Positions 22,329 through 36,000 of a DNA stretch of 64,000 bases are shown here, piece by piece. Every line of letters starts with the position of its first letter. Positions within the stretch are counted from its first letter, which is position 1. The stretch is from Leucoraja erinacea. Taxonomy: Eukaryota. The stretch covers positions 24,800,001-24,864,000 of the forward strand of contig NC_073392.1 in the NCBI RefSeq assembly GCF_028641065.1. The letters run 5' to 3'. Under the pieces are notes generated by a model. The model did not search any database and was not told the DNA's origin. It was given only the letters and a program-made list of their open reading frames with translations. Made by a program: the position numbers and the translations under genes.

Positions 22329-22881
22329 GCCCAGCAGCGGTCACTGGCCCGTGGGTCTGCCCACCTCCACCGTGCAGTGTCTCACAGACCCACGGGTCTG
22401 GTCTACCAACGCACTTTCTCTGCTGCCGTGTCTATTACGGGCCCACTGTTCCCATCCAGCTACACATCTCCACTGTGCCGTCTCCTCCATCACAGATTTG
22501 TGAGTCTGGCCCACACACACACACCTCCACCATGCAGTGTCCATCACTGGGCCACAGTCCCATCCGCCTACATATCTCCACTGCTGTCGTTTCCTCTGCC
22601 ACCGGGTGATCCCGGTAAACCACTATACCAAGAAAACCTACAACAGTCCCCCTACCTTGAAGCCCCTCGCCCATATTCAGTGGCGAAGGGGTCAGGACTG
22701 ATCTATGCTGACCAGGACCACGGGCACCTGTTGTTGTTGTACCGCCGGCTACCAATGTCCCGGTGACCATCTCACTCACGATGCAGGGCAGCTGCCGAGA
22801 GTTTGGCACCGTTTGCTTCTTCATTCGCGTTCCAGTTCTACGAGGGGTTGGGATATTATGGGCAACTTTTCTTAAGAAAAA

Positions 22882-22887
22882 AATAAA
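22882..22887 (+). terminator. TMEM43 poly(A) signal AATAAA
   Basis: AATAAA ~550 nt after the stop, followed by GT-rich sequence. Confidence 0.65.
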
Positions 22888-23477
22888 ACAATCAATGTAT
22901 TGCCGGGTGATCATTGTTGACGGCCGCATTTAAGATGCACTGGTGTTTCACATCCAGAAACCCCTGCTGCATGGCAGCGTGGGGTCACCACCCAGACGAT
23001 CCACGGGACCACTAGTACCCCGCACCCAGCTGAGTTCTGGGATACGAGCAGAGGACAATGTACTGGAGGAACTCGGATAAAGTCAAGACTCGGTCTCTTT
23101 TTCCCAGGCTAGAGGAATCAAGAATCAGGGACAGAGGTTTATGATGAGAGGGGAAAGATTTAACAGGAACCCAAGGGGCATCTTTTGCCACACAGCGGGT
23201 GGTGAGCACATGCACAGAGATGCTGGAGGTGATACAATTAATTTAAAAGACACACTTGGACAGGTACGTGGATAGGATAGGAATGGAGGGATATGGGCTG
23301 AATGGGGCATCTTGGTCAGCATGGAAGAGTTGGGCAGAAGGGCCTGTTTCTGTGCTGTATGACTTGTTGGAAGAGAGATTTCAGTCATGTGGATACGACC
23401 CACCCTCTCCCCCCCCCCCCCCCCTCCGGTCGACCTTGCATCTAATTAAAGTCCAACGCGCTTTAATATGGATCAAC

Positions 23478-23483
23478 TTTATT
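23478..23483 (-). terminator. XPC poly(A) signal AATAAA
   Basis: Plus-strand TTTATT ~390 nt downstream of the XPC stop. Confidence 0.65.
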
Positions 23484-23868
23484 TTTTTCTTGCAATAGTA
23501 AAAAACATGTTTTGAACCAACTGCTGATTTTTGCAGTGAGCTGGTAAGTCAAGCAGCCTGGGGTGTGAGAGAGTGATGGGTGGGGATCCTTGCAGGAGAG
23601 GTGGTGCCCCTCTCCCAGCAAGGTGGGAATGCTGGGCTGAGGGTCCGCCCCAATGCCCCTCAGGGAGGGCAACGCACAGATCCATCCACCATGCGCAGCC
23701 CCTGCCCTGGGATCCCCACAGGCAGGGAAGGTGGCCAGAGGCCCGGTGTGACTACGGTGACCTCAGCCGCACGCTCCAGCGGGAAGAGGCATTCCGATGC
23801 TGGGAATTTCTGGGACGTCGCCAGGCAGTGGCCTTGAATAGATCGGGGTGTCTCCCCTCCTCTCCGGC

Positions 23869-24057
23869 TCACAGCTTCTCAAATGGGAAGAGGTGCTTCT
23901 CCTCGCCTCGTTTCAGCTTGCGGCCCTCCCTCCTCTCCCCACCCTGTCGGTTGAGGGGCCAGGAAGAGGCGGCGTCCGTGACTGGCGTCGGTTCACTGGG
24001 ACCCTCCTCTTCAGAGCAGCCTGCTTCTCCCGTCCCAGAGTCCACACGGCCACTCTC
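23869..24057 (-). CDS. XPC: XPC exon 16 (stop TGA)
   Basis: ttcag|GAG AGT GGC ... ASSWPLNR...HLFPFEKL*. Confidence 0.93.
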   Translation of the reverse strand, partial: ESGRVDSGTGEAGCSEEEGPSEPTPVTDAASSWPLNRQGGERREGRKLKRGEEKHLFPFEKL

Positions 24058-27000
24058 CTGAATGAGAAAGCAGAAACAAACACTATCAGTACTTGCATCT
24101 GTTTCTGAGCAAGGGACGGGGAAGAATTTTCTTCCCACTTTTATTTATCCAGCTACACACAAAGTGGTGGAGGAACTCAGCAGGTCAGGTAGCATTTGTA
24201 GGTGGAAATGGACAGATGACTTTTCAGGTCAGGACCCTCATTCAGATTGAGGGATCAGGTTTCCAAACCTATATCGTGTGTGTGTGGGGGGGGGGGGGGG
24301 GGGGGTAAGTGATATTTGGATACAGGTGAAGGGGGGTGATTGGGAGATGGGTGGAGTAAGTGACAAATGCTAGAAGTAAAAAGAAGACAGAAGGATGTCG
24401 GATAAGGAGAGAATAGGAGAAGAGAAATGCAAAGCCAGGAGGGAGTGTTATGGATGGAATGGGAGAGGGGTGACTAGAGAGAGTTGTGGACACTGCCCGG
24501 TCCATCATCGTAGGTACTGACCTCCCCACCATCGAAGGGATCTACAGGTGCTGCTGCCTCACATAGGTAGCCGGCATCATCACGTACCAACACCACCATG
24601 GCCACGCTCTCATCTCGCTGCCACCATCGGGAAGAAGGTACAGGAGCCTGAAAACCGTGACCTCCGGGTACAGGAACATCTTCTTCCCAGCAACCACTTG
24701 AACACTGCACAACACTAACCTCAGCAACTGTGATCTTCTGTGGACTGTGTCTTTGGCCAAATAAATGGGATGGGGAGTAGGGGCCAGAGGTGGACATGGG
24801 GGTGCAACGGCCGGAGGGGTTACAGAGATGGGGAGGGGTGCAGGGGGTTACAGACACTGGGGGTGTGGTCTGGAATGGCATTCACTATGGTGTGAGTGCA
24901 CTGGCAGGTGGGGGCTGGGTGGGAGACGGTACCTGGTTGCCGTATCGAGCTCTCAGTCGGTCTCTGATGAGCAGTCCCTTCACCAGCAGCTTCCAGTTGC
25001 CCAGCACTCGCTTCTCCCGCTTCTACACGGCAAACACAGGGAACACCGTCACACCGCAGGAACATCTTTAGATCTTAGAGATACGGCACGGAAACAGGCC
25101 CCCTGGTCCACTGAGTCCGCACCGACCAGCGATCACCCCGTACATTGGCATTATCCTCCCGCACACCAGGTACATTAGAGGTGGTGCAGCGGTAGAGCTG
25201 TTGTTTTACGGCGCCAGGGACCTGGTTTCGATCCTGACTATGGGAGCTGTCTGTACAGAGTTTGCACGTTCTCCCTGTGACCGTGTGGGTTTTTCCCAGG
25301 TGCTCTGGTTTCCTCCCACATCCTAAAGACTGCAGGTGTGTCGGTCAATTGGTCTTGTTGAAACTGTAAATATTCCCCCCGTTACGTGTTTAGGATAGTG
25401 CTAGTGTACGGGTGGTCGGAGCGGACTTGGCGGACCAATGGGCCTGTTGCCGCAGGCAGCATCCCTAGTCGGGATCAAACCCAGGTCTCTGGCACTGTAA
25501 GGTAGAGACTATCATGACACCACTGTGCTGCAGCAAGTAATATGGGTCTATGGGTTTCTGAGCCATCATTGTCCTCGGCCGCTCGTTTTGCCACCACCAG
25601 TCCGTTTGCTCAGAACACTCACCTGCTCCTCCCGCTTGGCCATCTCCGCCTCTTGCTGCTCACATGCTGTCTTCAGGATGTCCACATGTTCCTCACACAC
25701 CACGTAGCCGTCCATTCTGTCCAAGAACAACACGCATGTCAGATTCCTCCAACCTCCCTAGCCCACATACACACTGTGGCACAGCGGGTAGAGCTGCTGC
25801 CTCACAGTGCCAGAGACCCGTGTTCGATCCTGACTGTGTGGAGTGTGGTGTGTACGATTCCCCTGTGACTATGAGGTTCCACTGGGTGCACAGGTTTCCT
25901 CCCACATCCCAAAGACGTGCAGGTTTCTAGGTTAATTGGCCCTCTAAATTGCCGCAAGTAAGTTGGGAATCGATGAGAAAGTAAGATAACATGGACGAGT
26001 CTGAACATGTGATTGATAGTCACAGAGGCATGGTAATCACTGGATAATCTGCACTTCAGTCTGAAGAAGGGTCCCGATCTGAAACGTCATCTATCCATGT
26101 TCTCCAGAGATGAACGGGTGATCGATGGTCAGCATAGACTCAGTGGGCCGAAGGGCCTGTTTCCGCGCTGTAAAATCTAAACTAAGCTTCACACAGAGAC
26201 CCCTTGTCCTAGATTCTCCCACGAGAGGAACAACCTCTCCCCATCCACCCTGTCCACATCCCTCAGTCAGCGAGTTGTACAGCAGAGCAACAGGCCCTTT
26301 GGCCCACCATGTTGATGCTGTCTATACCAATCCTCCTTGGAACTGGACAGTGTGAAGATGGTCAGCCTGAGGGAGTTGTGCTCGGGGTTGCCCCTGGACT
26401 CCCTGCCTCCCAACAGTGGGAGGAGCAGCCATGTGTCCCATGCCCCCATTCATACCCCACCCCTACCCCCCCCCCCCCACCCATTCATCCCCCAGGGCCA
26501 CAGGCGAGTAGAAGGGGGAGAGGGAAGAAACCATTGGAGAGAGAGAGTGGAAATCAGTGGGGAGAGGGTCCGTGAGGAGAGGGTGGAGCAATGTGGGAGA
26601 TTCAGTGGGGAGGGGGAGGGGGTTAGGTGGGAATGGGAATGGGGGGGGGGGGGGGGGGGGGGAAGGAAGAGGCAGAAGAGGGGAGAGGGAATTTCTGGCA
26701 AGGGGAGGGGAAAGAAGGGGTCAGTGGGAGAGGGGAGGGGAAGATAAGGATGGTAGAGGGAGCCATACATTGGGTGTGAGTGGCCGCAGTGGAAGTCGAA
26801 GCCGGTCACGGCAGCGGCACAGTCGATGTCCAGCTTGCGGGCCACGCGGTTGAGGTTGGGCAGCCGGACGTGCCGGCAGCCCAGTGGCAGCATGCAGCTT
26901 CTGAACAGGTAGACGTTGCCAAACTCATTCCGCGGCACCTGTACACAGATAGAGGCCCGTCACAACACGGTACGGAGAGCCCCACGCTGAGGGAGGGGGT

Positions 27001-30000
27001 ACAGAGGGAGGGGGGTACAGAGGAGGGGGGGGTACTGAGGGGGGGGGGGCTGTACTGAGGGAGGGGCGGTACAGAGGGAGGGGGTACAGAGGGAGGGCTG
27101 CGTTGTGGGATGGGCGGTACTGAGGGAACACCTTCCCCACCCCTGGCTTACCTTCCCGTCCCTGGCGCAGGGGGGTTGATAAACCTCTGTCTGCCACCAT
27201 CCGAACAGCCCAAGATCGCCCTGGTCGCGGGTTTCCCAGTTGGCAGCCCGTGCCTGGCGCGCCCGGTTAGACTGGCTCTTCACCATCTGTAGGGACCACA
27301 ACATCACCGAGCCTTAGCAGCACCGTGTGGAGAGCCGCTGCCTCTGGTGCTGAGACAGTGGGTTCTCCCGGCTGCACCGCCGTGCTGCCCTTGTTCATGT
27401 TGTCACTGTTCCTGCCAACACCACCACCACCTCTGGCAGATTACTCCAGATACCAACTATTCTGGATGTGAAAAAATAACCCCTTAACCCTCCTCCCTCT
27501 CACCTTGGTCCTACATCCTCTAGACTTTGCTTTGGGCTTTGTAGATACAGCATGGAAACAGGCCCTTCGGCCCACCAGGTCCTCCTTGACTAACGATCAC
27601 CCCATACACTAACACTATCCTACACACAAAGGACAATTTTATAATTTTACCGAAGCCAATAAACCTACAAGGCCACACGTCTCCGAGATATGTACACATC
27701 TATTGTGTCCACTTAGAAACATAGACCTCTATCTAAGTCTGAAGAAGGGTTTCGGCCCGAAACGTTGCCTATTTCCTTCGCTCCATAGATGCTGCTGCAC
27801 CCGCTGAGTTTCTCCAGCTTTTCTGTGTGACCTCTATCTAAGCTCTAGACCCCTAGAGCTCTATCTAACTCTCTCTTAAATCCATCCAGTGATTTGGCCT
27901 CCACTGCCCTCTGTGGCAGGGAATTCCACAAATTCACAACTCTCTAGGGGGAAAAAAAGTTTTTTCTCAACTCGGTCTTAAATGGCCTCCCCTTTATTCT
28001 CAGACTGTGGCCCCTGGTTCTGGACTCGCCCAACATTGGGAAAATGTTTCCTGCATCTAGCTTCTGGTCATGCAGCTACAAGAAGGGTGTGATGAGGTGA
28101 GAGATGGTGCAGAGAAGATTCACCGGGACTGGAGGGCTTGAGTTATCAGGAGGGACTGGGGCTGATTTCCCTGGAATGCAAGAGACTGAGTGATGAAATG
28201 ACAGTAGTATATAAAATTGGGATGGGCATGAATAGTTTTCTTAACAAGTGTCTGGGGGGCTATGGATGGAATATGCTGGTAGGTGAACTGCAGTGGGTCA
28301 AGACCGCTGGGTAGACTGGATTTAATGTGTTCCATAACTAGCCTCTCAAAACATTTCATGATGGTGGATGTCAAGGCCACTGGATGGTAGTCGTTTAGGC
28401 AAGAGGTCTTGTTATTCTTCGGCAGGTGGATACCTCAGAACGGAGTAGGGAGAGATTAAAGATGTCCGCGAATACTCCCGCTAGCTGGTCCGCGCGGCTA
28501 CGAAGGACACGGCCAGGAACTCCGTCTGGGCCAGTTGCTTTTCACGGGTAGCTCAAGCCCACAAGACCAGGTAGCATCCTGGTGAATCTCTTCTGCACCT
28601 TATCCAACATAATGTCATCCTTATGTGTATGATGGGAACTGCAGATGCTGGTTTCCACTAAAGATAGACAAAGTGCTGGAGTAAATCAGCGGGTCAGGCA
28701 GCATCTCTGGGTCGAGACCCTTCTTCAGACCCTTCAGGCCTCAACCCGAAACAACACTTATTCCTTTCCACTAGAAATGCAGACAGACCCGCTGATTTAT
28801 TCCAGCATTTTATGACTATCTCCTTAATGACATCCTTAGCCGGGCAACCAGAACATGAACCACAACAATGAAATTCATACTGGCTGCAACTTTACTGACA
28901 CATCCAATGCAACAACAAATGTCCAACAGATGTATGCATGTGTGTAATAATAGTAAATATCAGCTCCCACCTTGCAGGGCACCTCACCCTCTCTCACCAC
29001 GCGCGCCTCCTTCAGCCAAGTGTCTTTGGAATGGAGCACGTGTACGCAGTCCCTGAAACAGGCGGAGCACACGTATATAACAGCCGTGTCCGCGCATCCT
29101 CACGCGTGTGGAGTTATCTGCATGAAAGTGCTCAGTGCACGAGACGGACTCTAAACCAGAAAACCCTGCGCTTGGAGTTTGAGGCAGTGGGGATGTCACG
29201 GTGCGGAGGGAGCAGACACAGAGCTGTACAGTGAGGTACACTGACCTGCCGGCCACTCCCAGCCTCAACAGTGAGAGTGGGGAGAGAGGGCAGCGGGAGA
29301 GAGAGAGAGAGAGGTGGGCACTGGAGGAGCGGGGAGAGAGAGGAGGGGGAGTATTGTGCTGAATGTTGGGAATGGGGGCAGTGGGGGGAGGTGAAGGGGA
29401 GGGAGTTGAAGCTGAGTTAAATGCAGAAGGTGAGTGGGGGGGAGGGAGTAGGTGGAAGGAAAGTGGGGTGGAGGAGGGGTGGCAAAGCAGGGAGGGAGCA
29501 AAAGAGAATGTGAGATGGAGCAGGGGGGGTGGGGAGAGTGGGGAGTGGGAGTGGGAAGGGGTTGGGATGAGAGGTGGGTGGGGTGAGGAGGGAATAGTGA
29601 GGGGGTTGGTTGAAGAGTTGGGAATGGAAGAATGGGGCCAGAGGGAGCGGGAGGAGCGGTGGGTGGGGAGAGGGGGAGAGGGGAAATTGGAGAGAGGGGG
29701 AACAGGCACACTGATGCCCGGTGAACACACTCTGCAGCGTCATCACCACTCATGGATCCCACCCCCACCCAACGGGGATCTCTTGCCCACAGACCCCCCC
29801 CCCCCCCCCCCCCCAACCGCGGGGTTTTCCTGCCCATGGACTACCTGTGGGCCCTCGAGGGGTGAGTGGCTGGCCTGACTCGGGCCACGGGCGGGTGGGG
29901 AGAGCACACACTCACCGGGAGTAGACGGGCTCCTTCCTGCAGTAGCCGAGGATGGCGGCAGTGGGTGGGTGGATGGTCTCGTACTTGAGGAGGTGTCGCT

Positions 30001-33000
30001 GCAGCACGTACAGGGGGTGGTCTTTGTAGCCGGCGATGGAGGTGGGCAGAGCCTGGTCCATCAGCTTAGCGCGAAGCTGGTGGAGCAGAAGTGAGAGGTC
30101 AGCACCGGGTTTCACACCACCGACCAGCAACTGCATTGCCTTCTCTCCAGCATTAACCACGAAGCTGAATACTCTCCCACACAGTTTAGTTTACTATTGT
30201 CATGTGTACCGAGGTACAGTGAAAGGTTTTTTGTTGCGTGCTATATTGTCAGTGAAAAGACAATACAAGATTAAAATCAGGCCCTTCGGCCCAACATGCC
30301 CCGTCTACATAAGTCCCACCTGCACATATTTATCACTCTAAACCTTTCCTATCCATGCATCTGTCCAGATGTTTTTTTAAACGCTGTGATAGTACCTGCC
30401 TCAGGTGGGACGCGTGTCGATGGGGCATCTTGGTCGTCGTGGGCAAGTTGGGAGGAAGGACCTGTTCAGAGTCCACACTGTATTACTACGTTTGTCTGAA
30501 GATGGGCCATGCGAGGAGAGGGTCGAAAGTTTGCGGGATGGAGGTGACGGCTGCCACAGGCCTTTATGGTCAGCTGCAGCTGGGACTGTGAAATGCTGCT
30601 AAACCTGGCAACTAAATCTTGCATATGGACTCAGTGGGCTGTTTCTTTGCATTGTGTGTTAACCGGGGATTTACATGTCCGGCAATAAGCTCACTGATCT
30701 ACGTGCAAAATAAAGAATCTCACTGTATTATGGTCCACGTGATAATGAAGGAACCATTGGCCCATTGGCCTGTCGAATGCCCACATCCGTCCCAATCCAT
30801 CAACATTATTGAATCATTGACCTGCTGAATGCCATCGACCCATTCATTGATTCCTTCCTTATTGGTGAACAAACGCATGACGAAAATAGATCGGGCAGAT
30901 GCACAAAGTCTTATTCTCAAAGTAGGGGAATCGAGAACCAGCAGACATAGGTTTAAAGAGAGGGGGGGAAAGATTTTAAGAGGAATCTGAGGGATAACTT
31001 TTTTTACACAAAGGTAACAAGCTGCTGAAGGAGGTAGTTGAGGCAGGTACTATCGCAACGTTTAAGAAACATTTAGACAGGTACATGGATTTAGTGGGAT
31101 ATGTGATACGCAGGCTGGTGGGGCTAGTGTAGATGGGGCGTCGGTCAGCATGGGCAAGTTGGGCCTGTTTCAATGACTATTGACCCATTGAATACCATTA
31201 ATGGATCAATGGATCTCCGAAGATCATTGACCCATTGACCCTCTGAATGCCCACCTACCTCGCGATCCTCCAGCATGTCCCGCTGAGTGAAGGTGCTCCT
31301 GTAGGGCGACAGAGTCTGATCCCACCAGACGGCGTCCACACGGATCTTCCTTGTGGCCGTCATCCACGCAGTGTCGTACCTCTGGGTCACGTCCCGGACG
31401 CAGCCCTGCCCGTCGAAGCCCACGATGTAGCGGAGCGGCTTGGTGGCGTGCCGGACGCAGAGCTCCAGCCGGTCCACGGCGCTGTGTACACAGTCCACCG
31501 CCACCCACCTCTTCTCCACCTCCAGGAAGACCTCCACCCACTGATCCGAAGGAGTGGCGCGCGCTGGCACCTCAACCGCTGGCCCCACGACTCCGTCGCT
31601 GGGCTTCTGCCGGCCCGAAGATCTCCCCTTGGCCTTGTTCTTCACCGGGTTCCTCTCGAAGTCTTCATCCTCACTCATCTCCGAGCTCCTTCCCGACACA
31701 CCGCGCTCTTCCCGGCCTCGTGACACGCTTCCCTCGCCCCCTGCCGAGTAACTGCTGGAATTCTCACTCTCCGAGTCGCTTTCATCGGTCGCCTCCCTGT
31801 ACGAGATCTTCGAGGCAACCCGTCTCTGCCGCTGGTTCTTCGCCCTCGCATTCGCCGGGTTTCTTCGCCGCTCATCTTCCTCGAATCCCGACTCGCCCGA
31901 GGCTTCTGTACACTCGACCTTCCGACCTCTCCCTCCGTGAACCGCGGCCGAGGCTCTGGCCCTTCTAGACCCCTCCCGTCTCTCTGTCTTCTCCCCCGCT
32001 TCCCTCTCGCCCTCACGCTTGCCGCCTGCTTTTCCGGCAGCTGCTCCAGGTTTAGCCCGGGGCGTCGAGGTGGGAGTGTCCTTGACTTCAGATCTTCGTC
32101 TTCTTGGGGTCTTCTGCAGGAGGAGAAGGAGAAGGAGACTGTTATCTCAAGGGTCACGGTGTTAAGACTGAGCTCAACAGTGGCACAGTGGCGCAGCGGG
32201 TAGAGCCGCCGCCTCACCGCTCCAGGGTCCCGGGTTCAATCCTGAGCTCTGGTGCTGTCTGTATGGAGTTTGCACCTTTCTCCCTGTGACCGCGTGGGTT
32301 TTTTGCTCCGGTTTCCTGCTACATCCTAAAGACCTGCGGGGTTTGTAGGTTAATTGGCCCTCTGTAAATTGCCCCTAGGGTGTAATGGGAGGGGGGGTGA
32401 ATGGGAGGGGAGGGGGGGTGAATTGGAAGGGGGGTGATTCAGGGGGGGGGGGGGTGAATAGTGAATAGGAGGGTACCTTTGGTTGCACCACGGACTTTGG
32501 TTTTGCACTATTATGATTACCTAGTATTACTGATTATTAATTTAATGTATTATTATAATATATTTATCTGTGTGTGATTGTGTTTACGGGTCTGTTACGT
32601 TGCAGTAAGTTACAATCCCATTGTTCCTTTGCCATGACAGATTCAGGAACAGTTTCTTCCTAGCAGTTATCAGGCAAATAAACTGTCCTCTCACCAACCA
32701 GAGAGCAGTCCTGACCTCCCATCTACCTCATCGGACACCCTCACACTATCTTTAATCAGCTTTTACTGGACTTTACCTTGCACTTGACATGACTTTCTTT
32801 ATCCTGTATCTGTACACTGTGGACAGCTCGATTATAATTCTGTATAGTCTTTCTGCTGACTGGATAGAATACAACAAAAGGCTTTTCACTGACAATAAAC
32901 TAAACCAAACTAAATTAATTAAATTAATCCTAGATTAGTTTAAAACTAAACTAAACACACTCTGGCCTGCTGGAACAGTGATGTATTGGGCCACAGACCA

Positions 33001-36000
33001 AGTGCTGGACACTGTAACGTGCTGGCATTCTCTTCCCATGCTCTGGTTGTGAAGGGCAGGGAGGGGAGAGAGACGTGTCTTACCGCCTTGGTGCTCTCCT
33101 TGAGTGGGATGGGTTGCAGCGAGACGACCAGGCGGGCAGAGAGGGCCAGCGCACACACCGTGATCAGGAACAGCTGTGAATGCAAGAGACCGCGGTGAGG
33201 GAGCACAGCACACAGGGTGGGGGACAGACAGACTCTGCACCCAATCCCACCCTTAACCAATGTCCCGGAGGAGCAGAGGGGGAGAACGGGAGGGAGAGGG
33301 GCTGAGAAGGATGAGGGCGAAGAGTAAAACAGAGGACTGAGACACCAGGAACTGCAGGTGCTGGAATCTTCAGCAAAATATAAAGCGCTGGAGGAACTCA
33401 GCAGGTCAGGCAGCATCTGCGGAGGGAATAGACAGGTGACAATTTGGGATTTGGGCCGGGACCTTTCTTCAGACTGATTGAGTAGGGGGGGGGGGGGAGA
33501 AGGCTGGAAAAGAGAGGGGGGGAAACAGAAAAAAGCCTGGCAAGTGATAGGTGGATACAGGGGAGGGAGGTGATTAGCAGATGGGTGGAGTAAGTGACAA
33601 AGGCTAGAGGTGAAAATGAGTCAAAAGGGTGTCAGATACGGAGAGAGAGAAGAGGAGATATATCAGTGAAAGGGTATGGGGGGGGGGGGGATGGGGTTCC
33701 GGTTTGTTTGGGTCTGGACCGCTCTGCCGGGGGTGGCGGAGGCAGATACGAGAGCGGCATTTGAGAGACTTTGAGATAGGCTCATGGATGTGCCGGAAAT
33801 TGTGGTATCTGCATTATGTGCAGGCAGATAAGAGTTGGACTAGGCATCATGTTTGGCACGGACAATGTGGGCCGAAGGGCCTGTTCCTGTGCTGTACTGT
33901 ACTGTTGCATGGTCTAAATTCTAAAAAGGACAGGGGGGGGGGGGTGGGGGATGATAAACAGCAAAAGGAAAATGTTGGAAACACTCAGCTGGTCAGGCAG
34001 CGTGTGTGGGGGTGGGTGAGAGAGACCGTGTCAATGTTCCAGCTCGGGCTGTGCCATGTTGAGTGTTGCCAGCAGCGGGGACGCGGGCGGTGGGTTTGGT
34101 GACTGGCGACACGTACGTGAACCAGCTCCTCTGCCGTCCCCGCGGAACGGCGGGCAAGACCACGCTGCAGCCGCTCACTCAGCTGCTCCGAGTCACCCCG
34201 AGGCAGAGAGACAGGTCCAACACAAACGCCGACTCAAACCTGCAGACGGGACGGAGGGCCTGGGGTTAGTGGGTGGCATTGTACACGGGGACCCCAGCCA
34301 CACTCCCACCCACCCACACTCTGACCCATCCACACACCCAGCCACAGACCCACCCACTCACACTCTGACCCATCCACTCACCCAGCCACAGACCCACCCA
34401 CCCACACACACACGCACACTCTGACCCATCCATAGACCCACACTCCCACAGGCCCACCCGCCCACAGTCCCGCCCAGCCACAGACACACACCTCTGACAC
34501 ACCCACCAACTGACTCACTCACTGACCCAGCCACCCACAGAACAAGCCAGACTCAGGTGTACGCAAGGAACTGCAGGCGTGGAGTCTTGAGCAACACACT
34601 AAGTGCTGGAGGAAATCAGTGTGTCAGGCAGAATTTGTGGGGTTTTTTTAAACAAAAAAATGGTTTATTGAACTAGTCCAACACTGATTTTCCAGCAACT
34701 GGTGGTTTGGCTTCGCCTTTCATCCGGACAAAATTATGAGAACGAGCTTGAATTGCCCCCCTAGAAGTCTCCCCGAAAATGGGAATGGGAAGGGGACTTA
34801 AAATGTTTGGTGACTGGGACATCACATAGGGCAAGGTGGACTGAGCGCAGGTGTTCAGCGAAACAGAAACAAAATATTTATAACAAATAAATATCAAATC
34901 ACTACATAACCATCCCGATTGTGGATCCACTCCATCCCCTGTAGTGCCCTGCAGTCCTGGAATGCCATCACCATGCCAGTGGGAGCCCTGGACATTTGGG
35001 TAAGGACAGGGGGGGGTGAGGAAGGGGGGAGGTGTCAAGATCCATAGGGGACTGAAACAAGCCCTTTGGCTCAATTCATCCATGCCGACCAAAGTGACCC
35101 ATCTAAGCCACTACCATTTGCCTGCGTTTGGCCCATATCGCTCTAAACCTTTCCTATCCACCTGTCCAAATGTCTTTTAAATGCTGTAATAGTACCTGCC
35201 TCAACTACCTCCTCTGGAGGCTCATTCCATACACCCATCACGCTCTGTGTGTGAAGGTTGCCCCTAAGGTTCCCATTAAATATTTCCCCTCTCACCTTAA
35301 ACCGATGTCCTCTGGTTCTGGATTCCCCACTCTGGGTAAAAGACTCTGTGCATCCACCCAATCTATTCCCCTCGTGATATTTGACACCTCTATAAGATCA
35401 CCCCTCATCCAAGGAATAAAGCCCTAGCCTGCCCAACGTCCCCTGTAGCTCATGCCCTCGGGTCCAGGCGACATCCTGGTAAATCCTCCTTGCATCCTTT
35501 CCAGCTTGACGACATCCTTCCTACAGTAGGGCGCCCAGAACCGAGCACAGTGCTGCAAATGCGGCCTCACCAGCTTACCACGCCAGCACCTTGTTGAGGT
35601 ACGGGAGGTCCACTTGCCCGGCCACAACACCAGCAATCTCCGTGGGCAACAAGGACAAAGCCACCGCCCGCAGCTCTGGCTGGTTGCAGGTCCTGCTCCG
35701 GAACATTCCGTTAGCCAGCAGGCAGAGGAGGTGCGTCTGTAGTTGGGGAGAAACACGCTGTAACACATAGACTGAATGTAGAAAGCAAAACGGTTTGTCA
35801 TTTATTGTAATGGTATTGATTATATCGGTTATTGACACATCTCAGATGCCCAGGAACAAAGGAAACTACAGAAAGTGCCCGGTCCATCACAAGTACTGAC
35901 CTACAGGAGTAACTGGGGAACTACAGGAGGCGCTGCCTCAAAAAGCTGCCGGCATCATCAAAGACCCACAACACCCTGACCATGCTCTCGTCTCACTGTT

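Noticed and set aside
31179-31238. ATTGACCCATTGA direct repeat around small palindromes
   Set aside because: No TIR match to any element in the window; likely local slippage
31675-32217. Apparent frameshift in XPC exon 9 suggested by two overlapping ORFs
   Set aside because: Reading from the acceptor at 32113 in phase 0 is open and continuous with the 31726 frame (387 nt = 129 codons) and contains [11 protein letters not shown]
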